Source: Anaerohalosphaeraceae bacterium
GTDB lineage: Bacteria > Planctomycetota > Phycisphaerae > Sedimentisphaerales > Anaerohalosphaeraceae
Reading direction: 5' to 3'
DNA: 12,932 nt
NCBI GenBank assembly: GCA_050309605.1
Contig: JBNRMN010000025.1
Span: 1 to 12,932, forward strand
Part shown: piece by piece, positions 7,189 to 12,932 of the stretch
How positions within the stretch are numbered: position 1 is the stretch's first letter
How the letters are laid out: every line of letters begins with the position of its first letter
Made by a program: the position numbers and the translations under genes
The notes under the pieces: model-generated
Told to the model about the DNA's origin: nothing
Seen by the model: only the letters and a program-made list of their open reading frames with translations
The model's database searches: none

Positions 7189-8138
7189 AGGATCTGGTGT
7201 TTTGCTTTTTGGATTTCCAGAAGGAGTTTGCCGCGACTGAAAATGCGGATATCCCCGGTGGATTCGGAGATAACGACGGAAATCGCTTTGCTCAGGGCCG
7301 TAATACCCGCCGCCGAGCGATGTCGGGCGCCCAGTCCCTGCGGCAGTTCCGAAGTTTCGACCGATGGAGAAAGATGGCGTCCTGCGGCCAAAATGACGCC
7401 GTCGTCGCGAATGATAAATGCCCCGTCGATAGTGCAAAACTCCCGAATGGTTTCCTTCATTGCCGGGTCGAGAATGTTGCGTTCGTTTTCCGGCACGCCC
7501 GCAAAGGGATTGATGATCATCTGACTGGACATGCTCAGCACCTTTTCGTGATCGCCAAGGACAAACACCGTGCCGAGGGGTTTGCCTTCTTTGCCTTCCT
7601 GGGCCAGTTCCAGCGCGAGCGTCAGCAGCCATTCAAAAACTTCCGGCTGAGCGATCTGCCCGGCAATGTCCAGGTTGCTGAACGAGAACATTTCCATTTC
7701 ACGATCCAGATCGACCACCGCCAGGTTGTCAAAAATTCCGTACTTCGGCGAGCCGGACAAAAACACCAGCAAGTCATTGCGATGAATCAATCCCTGCGAC
7801 AGGGCGATCATCGCGGCCACTTTCATTTGACTGTGGCGGTTCAGCTTCAGATCGGGAAGTTGCAATACTTTCGTCTGGCCCTGTTGAAGTTCGCTTAAAT
7901 CATTGCGTGTCTCTTTGCCGCGCACGGCCAGGATGCATCGCGGATCGTGACACAGGGATTTGAGTGTTTCGCGGGATTTGACCACATCGATATAGACCAA
8001 CAACGCATGAGCGCCGATTTCTTCAGCGATTTGGCGTGCATGGCAAACCATCGCTGCATTGATATGTTCCATTGTGAGCGTTCGGTCCGCAAGGGCAGAC
8101 GGACAAACGTTGCGATCTTGGGATTCGCTGCGGTTCAT
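7185..8138 (-). CDS. Diadenylate cyclase (DisA_N/DAC domain) with an N-terminal alpha/beta domain, DacZ-like; start uncertain (8138 or 8072)
   Basis: Intact DAC motifs DGA (TIDGAFII) and RHR (GLGARHRSAAG), plus EGKEGKPLGT and ISESTG. No transmembrane segment and no C-terminal HhH. The track start at 8303 overlaps the upstream gene. Confidence 0.88.
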   Translation of the reverse strand: MNRSESQDRNVCPSALADRTLTMEHINAAMVCHARQIAEEIGAHALLVYIDVVKSRETLKSLCHDPRCILAVRGKETRNDLSELQQGQTKVLQLPDLKLNRHSQMKVAAMIALSQGLIHRNDLLVFLSGSPKYGIFDNLAVVDLDREMEMFSFSNLDIAGQIAQPEVFEWLLTLALELAQEGKEGKPLGTVFVLGDHEKVLSMSSQMIINPFAGVPENERNILDPAMKETIREFCTIDGAFIIRDDGVILAAGRHLSPSVETSELPQGLGARHRSAAGITALSKAISVVISESTGDIRIFSRGKLLLEIQKAKHQIL

Positions 8139-8155
8139 TGCAACACAGGCCGTGC

Positions 8156-9484
8156 TTACTCGGCCGGGACAATCGTTGTTACCGATACAACCGTGACCAG
8201 CGCCTTGGGGTCGCTGATGACGTCGCCGCGGATCCCGATTGAACTGCCGACGAGCTGGTCCAGACGACCCGCGATTTCCGGCCCGGCCGGCACCATATAG
8301 CACACAATCCGCCCGCTGCCGTCGGTCAGCAGATAGCGCCGCTGGCCGGTACGACCGGTATAGACAAACGACGGCCGGACCGTCCCTGAAAACAGCGGTA
8401 CTTCCGCCGGGTCGGGGATACGCTGCAATTGCGCCTGATGCGCCCTTTCAATTTGGGCTTTAATCTGCTCAAGCCGCTGGTCCTGTTCTTTGAGCGTTTG
8501 TGAGACCCCGATAGCCAGCTCGAAACGCTCAATGCGTTCCAAAAGAAGGTTGGCGTACACGTCGGCTTTGCCCGCCTCCGGATCGTCGAGAAGGGCGGTC
8601 AATTGATTCTTGTATTCGCTGTAATCCTGTTCAGTAATCGGTTTTTTCAGTTCGGCGTTGATTTTTTCCGACAGCTCATAACACTGCTGCAAATAGAGGG
8701 TTTCTTTTGAAGGCTCAGCCGTCGCAGGTTGTTCAGGCGTTGTCTTATCGGACGGCTCTTGCGATTCATCGGTTTCCTTGGGCTGGTCTTCTTCCTGCTC
8801 GTCTTCTGTGTCCGGCTGGTCCGGCTGGGCGGCAGGCGTCGGCGGGGTGGTGTCATCCACGCCGAGCCGTTCTTCCAGCGTCAGCGGTTTTTGCTCAACC
8901 GGTTCGGGTGTTTCCGCCTCCAGTTCAGGCTTCGGCTGATACGGCTCGACATAACGCAAAAACTCGCTGTTGACCCACAGATAGCCGCCGGACGGGACTT
9001 TGATTTTGTAATAATCACCGGTGTCGGGCTGCGCGGGATCAAACAGCTCGACCACCTCGCCGTCGTTCAGGCGGACCTGAATGCTGAACGAGCGTATCGG
9101 TTCGATGTAATCGGAGCCGGCCCAGACCCGAACGGTTTCACCGCCGACCGTTGTGACGGTTCCGACGGCGGGATTCTGCGGATTGAGTTTGACGTAGTTT
9201 TTATGTATCCAGGAGTAATGTTCCGGCAGCGGCAGAATTTTGGCCCAGCCGCCGACCTCTTCGACCACGGTCACCCTGTCGCGGCGATTGATTTTGCCGC
9301 AGTGATAATATCCCGGCCCTCGACCGGAGCGCACAAAGACATCGTCGGCGGTTGCCTCGGCCACAAACGGATACTCGGCCTCGGCAGGCTTGCCCGCAAC
9401 CTGCGGGGTCTGGGCCACCGCAAGCGAGACGAATGCCGATGACGTCAGCGTAATCCAGCCTATCATGATCAAACGTGATAACAT
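8156..9484 (-). CDS. Exported protein with two SH3b-like domains, an acidic Pro-rich linker, a coiled coil and a C-terminal beta domain
   Basis: Signal peptide ending AVA. Repeats VFVRSGRG...GWAKI...SWIHKNYV and VRVWAGS...DYYKI...LWVNSEFL. SD GGAG before ATG9484. Confidence 0.8.
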   Translation of the reverse strand: MLSRLIMIGWITLTSSAFVSLAVAQTPQVAGKPAEAEYPFVAEATADDVFVRSGRGPGYYHCGKINRRDRVTVVEEVGGWAKILPLPEHYSWIHKNYVKLNPQNPAVGTVTTVGGETVRVWAGSDYIEPIRSFSIQVRLNDGEVVELFDPAQPDTGDYYKIKVPSGGYLWVNSEFLRYVEPYQPKPELEAETPEPVEQKPLTLEERLGVDDTTPPTPAAQPDQPDTEDEQEEDQPKETDESQEPSDKTTPEQPATAEPSKETLYLQQCYELSEKINAELKKPITEQDYSEYKNQLTALLDDPEAGKADVYANLLLERIERFELAIGVSQTLKEQDQRLEQIKAQIERAHQAQLQRIPDPAEVPLFSGTVRPSFVYTGRTGQRRYLLTDGSGRIVCYMVPAGPEIAGRLDQLVGSSIGIRGDVISDPKALVTVVSVTTIVPAE

Positions 9485-9559
9485 CGTACTTCTCCGTAAC
9501 TCAGAAGGTACTCCATTCCTTTTATAGATATACCTTTTCCGCAATACTTACAATCTGTT

Positions 9560-9588
9560 ACTGTACCATCTATCTGTCATCTTGTCAA
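9560..9588 (-). promoter_or_regulatory. Sigma70 promoter of the SH3-DAC operon
   Basis: Minus strand TTGACA (9588-9583), 17 bp, TACAGT (9565-9560), with an extended -10 TG. Confidence 0.7.
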
Positions 9589-9605
9589 CGTTAATTCAAC
9601 ACCCG

Positions 9606-10793
9606 TTACGCCTCTTGCAGCCGGCGAATTTCCTGCATGCAAAGCCTTTTTTGACCGGGGTCGGTGAGCCGATCTTTGGCGCGCTGAAGAAACTCCATCG
9701 CTTTGGACGTCTCATTAAGGTATCGGCCATACAGCAGTCCGAGCATTAAATAGACTTGTTCGGCATATTCATAATTACCGTACGCCTTCAAAAAGAGTTC
9801 GTAGGCTTTTGCCGACAGACGCCATTGCCCATCTGCCATAAGCTGGTTGGATATATTCAGTTGTGTCTGACGCGGCAAGATGTGGTCGGGGTCTCGATTC
9901 AGCAATTCTTCGTATAACTGAATGGCTTCACTGGTATTATGCGCATTCATCGCCTCGCTGATGCGAAAGCGCAGGGTGCGAATCGGGTCGTTGGTTAAAT
10001 CCGGTTCTTCATGATCTTTATGGTCTTCAACTTTGGCGGCGACAGGTTTTCGTCCTCGCGCATATGCCCACGGATCGTAGGCATCATCCACCACGTCCCG
10101 AAATGTTCGACGACGGTTCCACTGGCGCAGCATCCCCCACAAATCGCTGTAATGGCTGTCAAGCAGCTTGACCATTAGCAGCAACAAGATAACCACGATG
10201 CCAAACGCGTATCCGGCCAAATGGGCGTCAAATGCGATATTGGCCGAGGAAATGTGTTTTTGTAAAATGTTGTCAAAAAATATCAGTTTAAGGGCGATCA
10301 GATACATCGCCTTGATTTCAAACGTGCCGATAAAGAAAAACATATACAGCACGGTAATAAAGGTTTGGGGAAACAAAACCAAATAGGCCCCTGTTACCGC
10401 CGCCACGGCGCCGCTGGCGCCCAGCACAGGGTTGTCGTGCAGCAAGGCGTGTCCCAGCCCTGAAAATACCGCGCCGCCCAGATAAAAACACAAATACCCG
10501 ACATTGCCCAGCCGGTCATTGACATTATTGCCGAACATATAAAGAAAATACATATTGCCGAGAATATGCATCAGGCTGCCGTGCAGAAAGGCATAGGACA
10601 CGAACTGCCAAATATAGGGATGTTCCGGCGTGAGCATAAACTGCTGTGCCCACGGGCGCAGCGGCTCGACAAACGGCCCGACGCGATGCGGGCCGTAGCT
10701 GAGCATAAAGAGGATGATATTGGCGACAATCAGGATATAATTAGCATAAGGCGTCCGTCGAGGACTGATGCTTGTGCGTATCGGGAGCAGCAT
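9606..10793 (-). CDS. Rhomboid family intramembrane serine protease with a C-terminal TPR-like domain
   Basis: FLHGSLMHILGNM, catalytic GASG and AHLAG motifs, multiple TM helices, and a helical TPR-like C-terminus. Confidence 0.93.
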   Translation of the reverse strand: MLLPIRTSISPRRTPYANYILIVANIILFMLSYGPHRVGPFVEPLRPWAQQFMLTPEHPYIWQFVSYAFLHGSLMHILGNMYFLYMFGNNVNDRLGNVGYLCFYLGGAVFSGLGHALLHDNPVLGASGAVAAVTGAYLVLFPQTFITVLYMFFFIGTFEIKAMYLIALKLIFFDNILQKHISSANIAFDAHLAGYAFGIVVILLLLMVKLLDSHYSDLWGMLRQWNRRRTFRDVVDDAYDPWAYARGRKPVAAKVEDHKDHEEPDLTNDPIRTLRFRISEAMNAHNTSEAIQLYEELLNRDPDHILPRQTQLNISNQLMADGQWRLSAKAYELFLKAYGNYEYAEQVYLMLGLLYGRYLNETSKAMEFLQRAKDRLTDPGQKRLCMQEIRRLQEA

Positions 10794-10856
10794 AACGGCT
10801 TAGTTGTCCTTAACTGGTTATTTTCCAACTCTTATTCTCAGTACAAGATAACGCCC

Positions 10857-10885
10857 ATTGTACCGACTGGCCCCCGCGACGACAA
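10857..10885 (-). promoter_or_regulatory. Sigma70 promoter of the rhomboid gene
   Basis: Minus strand TTGTCG (10885-10880), 17 bp, TACAAT (10862-10857). Confidence 0.6.
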
Positions 10886-10930
10886 GCAAGAAACTCGGAC
10901 GTGAATCAGGAGGCATTGAGGGTAAGCTGA

Positions 10931-10980
10931 GAAAAAAAGACGAGGCAGTCGATCGCCCCCCAGAGCGGTCCACTGCCTCG
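10931..10980 (-). terminator. Strong intrinsic terminator with no protein gene directly upstream
   Basis: Stem CGAGGCAGT-x-GACCGC / GCGATC-x-ACTGCCTCG (10980-10941) followed by TCTTTTTTTC on the minus strand. Confidence 0.75.
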
Positions 10981-11060
10981 CGGTGCATCCGTGCAAGGAA
11001 AAGACAGGAGAGGAGATTGGCACAAATGAGATTTACAAGAGTGTTTTTCGTTTTCCCTAT
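10932..11060 (-). ncRNA. Candidate small RNA, about 130 nt
   Basis: Bounded by a TTGGCA-17-TACATT promoter motif (11095-11067) and the orphan terminator. No SD-led ORF on this strand. Confidence 0.4.
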
Positions 11061-11178
11061 GTGTATAATGTAATAAATGCAATGCAAAATGCCAAAAACC
11101 GACAGGTTTATCTTTTCCGGGGTGATTTTTTGCATATAATGCGCGTTTTCTGCGATTGAAATCCAGGCTGGAGATAGG

Positions 11179-12273
11179 ATGGAACGAGTTACTGTGAAAG
11201 CACGTGTTCAGGCGGTTCGACGGCGGCTTAAGCGCGACAAACTGGACGCCCTGATCGTCACCGGCGCTGAGAACGTGCGTTATTTAACCGGATTTCGCGG
11301 CCATGACAGTTGGGCGTTGATCCTGCCGCGGTCGGTTGTCTTGATGACCGACAGCCGCTATACGGAGCAGGCCCTCGACGAATGCATCGAATGCAAAGTC
11401 GTCCAGCGGAAAGGTTCCTTGGCCAAAGAGGCCGCCCGCCTGCTGGATGCCCAAAAGGGCGTTTCGGTCGTCGGCGTGGAAAACGGCTGTACGGTGGCGA
11501 CGCTGACAGCGATTCGCAAGGCGGTGTCCGTCAAGGTCAAGCCGACTGCCCATTTTGTGGAATCCGTTCGACAGATCAAGTCCGATGCTGAGATTCGCCT
11601 GATCAAAAAGGCCTCTAAAATCGCCTTTGATGCAATGGACTGGGCGCTGTCTAATCTGAAGCCCGGCATCACTGAGCGGGAGCTGGCGGCCCTGTATGTC
11701 TATCGACTCAGCGCCTATGGAGCGGCGCCGGGGTTTGAGACGATTGTATGTTTTGGGCCGAACGGCTCGCGCAATCACCACCAGCCCGGCGGCCGAAAGC
11801 TGCGAAAAACGGATGTGGTTTTGCTGGATTTCGGCGCCAACTACGAAGGATACATCAGCGATACGACCCGCTGTCTGGCGTTTGGCAAGCCGAGCGATCA
11901 GTTTTGCCGGGTTTATCAGACCGTGGCAAACGCTCAAAAAGCGGCGATTGATGCGATCGCGCCGGGCGTAAAGGGGAGCGACGTGGATGCCGCCGCACGC
12001 GCCGTGATTGAGCAGGCCGACCTGCCGGTCTATGGGCACGGTACCGGACACGGCGTAGGCCTGCAGGTTCACGAGTTACCGTTTTTGGCGGCCTCGGACA
12101 AAAAAACGACGCTTCAGGTCGGCCAGGTCATCACGATTGAGCCGGGCATTTATCTGCCCGGACGCTTCGGCGTGCGGCTTGAAGACGATGTACTCGTTAC
12201 CCAAAAAGGCCCTAAAATCCTGTCCCGCGACAAACGTTTTGACGTGGAGCCGAATGCTGTGCCCGTGCGATAA
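11179..12273 (+). CDS. Xaa-Pro peptidase, M24B family (aminopeptidase P / prolidase-like)
   Basis: Creatinase-like N-domain (NVRYLTGF, TDSRY). Metal ligands in LLDFG, ISDTTR, HGTGHGVG, TIEPG and RLEDD. SD GGAG. Confidence 0.95.
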   Translation: MERVTVKARVQAVRRRLKRDKLDALIVTGAENVRYLTGFRGHDSWALILPRSVVLMTDSRYTEQALDECIECKVVQRKGSLAKEAARLLDAQKGVSVVGVENGCTVATLTAIRKAVSVKVKPTAHFVESVRQIKSDAEIRLIKKASKIAFDAMDWALSNLKPGITERELAALYVYRLSAYGAAPGFETIVCFGPNGSRNHHQPGGRKLRKTDVVLLDFGANYEGYISDTTRCLAFGKPSDQFCRVYQTVANAQKAAIDAIAPGVKGSDVDAAARAVIEQADLPVYGHGTGHGVGLQVHELPFLAASDKKTTLQVGQVITIEPGIYLPGRFGVRLEDDVLVTQKGPKILSRDKRFDVEPNAVPVR

Positions 12274-12290
12274 CCGTTTTTTCTATGGAA

Positions 12291-12906
12291 TCAAGAGTGC
12301 GTTCCGTTGCGTTTGCGTCGGATCACCACGCCGCCCAAGCCAAACAGCATCAGCGTTGCCGGTTCGGGGATGACTTGGATATTTTGCCAAACAGGGCCGT
12401 AGTCGAAATCGTTGATGAACTGAATGTTGAAAGGCGTGCCGTCTTTCCAGTTGCCCTGAATGCCAACCAAAGGGTCGTCATTGATCCACGACCAGCCGTC
12501 CTGCGCATAAATGAACACATTTGCTTCATCGGACACGGGATATCGCATTGTTTTAATTAAATTGATGCTTCCGCCCTTGAGTATCGCAGTAGCATTTTGA
12601 CCGATTCGGATGTACTCCGTTACACCGTCCAAATAGTGCAGTTGGCTGGTATTGTAAAGCAGGATGTCATACACGCCGCCGCCATCCATATCCAGCGGGG
12701 TCGACGTCGATTTTACAATCAAGCGGCCATTGTCCCGCACCGAAACTTGATATGCCCCCCCCATCGACAATCAGAGGCGGATCATAAGACCGCCATGTAA
12801 GACTGAAAACATACTCGCCTTCTGTGATAAAACCGTCATCCGCAAGACCACCCCACGCCGGCACACAAATAACACCGATCAAAACAAACAAAATTATTCT
12901 TTTCAT
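12291..12906 (-). pseudogene. PEP-CTERM sorting-domain protein, frameshifted at a G8 tract (phase-off allele, pseudogene or sequencing error)
   Basis: ORF 12906-12667 supplies the SD (GGAG) and signal peptide MKRIILFVLIGVICVPAWG. ORF 12770-12291 ends in IPEPATLMLFGLGGVVIRRKR. The two frames join at C8 (12755-12762) with -1 or +2 nt. Confidence 0.85.
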
Positions 12907-12932
12907 CTCTTTTCTCCATTCTGTTTTTGTTT

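Noticed and set aside
8139..8303. Arg/Gly-rich N-terminal extension of the cyclase ORF
   Set aside because: It overlaps the SH3 gene in another frame and has non-protein-like composition.
3001..9442. Long shadow ORFs (3001-3555, 3036-3758, 4339-4998, 6085-6756, 7063-7632, 7197-7898, 8729-9442)
   Set aside because: They are antisense or off-frame to confident genes, as expected from codon bias in GC-rich DNA.
10931..11060. A known riboswitch (e.g. c-di-AMP/ydaO) upstream of the rhomboid-SH3-cyclase genes
   Set aside because: I could not match the consensus of any riboswitch I know by eye. An Rfam search is needed.
10818..11135. Intergenic ORFs of 105, 61 and 71 aa
   Set aside because: They have no SD or family features and run through a strong terminator and promoter motifs.
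11284..12800. Antisense ORFs 11284-12072, 12285-12560 and 12597-12800
   Set aside because: They are shadows of the peptidase and PEP-CTERM genes.
1..12932. CRISPR array, IS element, rRNA, or second att repeat
   Set aside because: I saw no regularly spaced repeats, transposase motifs, rRNA sequence or duplicate of the tRNA 3' end in the window.

Overview
The left ~1.9 kb is the end of an integrative element inserted at the 3' end of a tRNA-His(GTG) gene. It carries an XRE-type HTH gene translationally coupled to a tyrosine integrase. The integrase ORF has no stop codon of its own: it reads through likely att-arm DNA and a bidirectional terminator hairpin, then stops inside the antisense strand of the tRNA. 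The rest looks like host chromosome, encoding a MipA/OmpV outer-membrane protein, FMN-dependent azoreductase, a GT4 glycosyltransferase plus amylo-alpha-1,6-glucosidase pair, a DacZ-like diadenylate cyclase downstream of an exported SH3 protein, a rhomboid-TPR protease, an M24 Xaa-Pro peptidase, and a PEP-CTERM protein split at a G8 tract. A candidate ~130-nt sRNA lies between the rhomboid and peptidase genes. The gene repertoire suggests a Planctomycetota (probably Phycisphaerae) genome; this is inference only. All calls come from reading motifs by eye, with no database searches.
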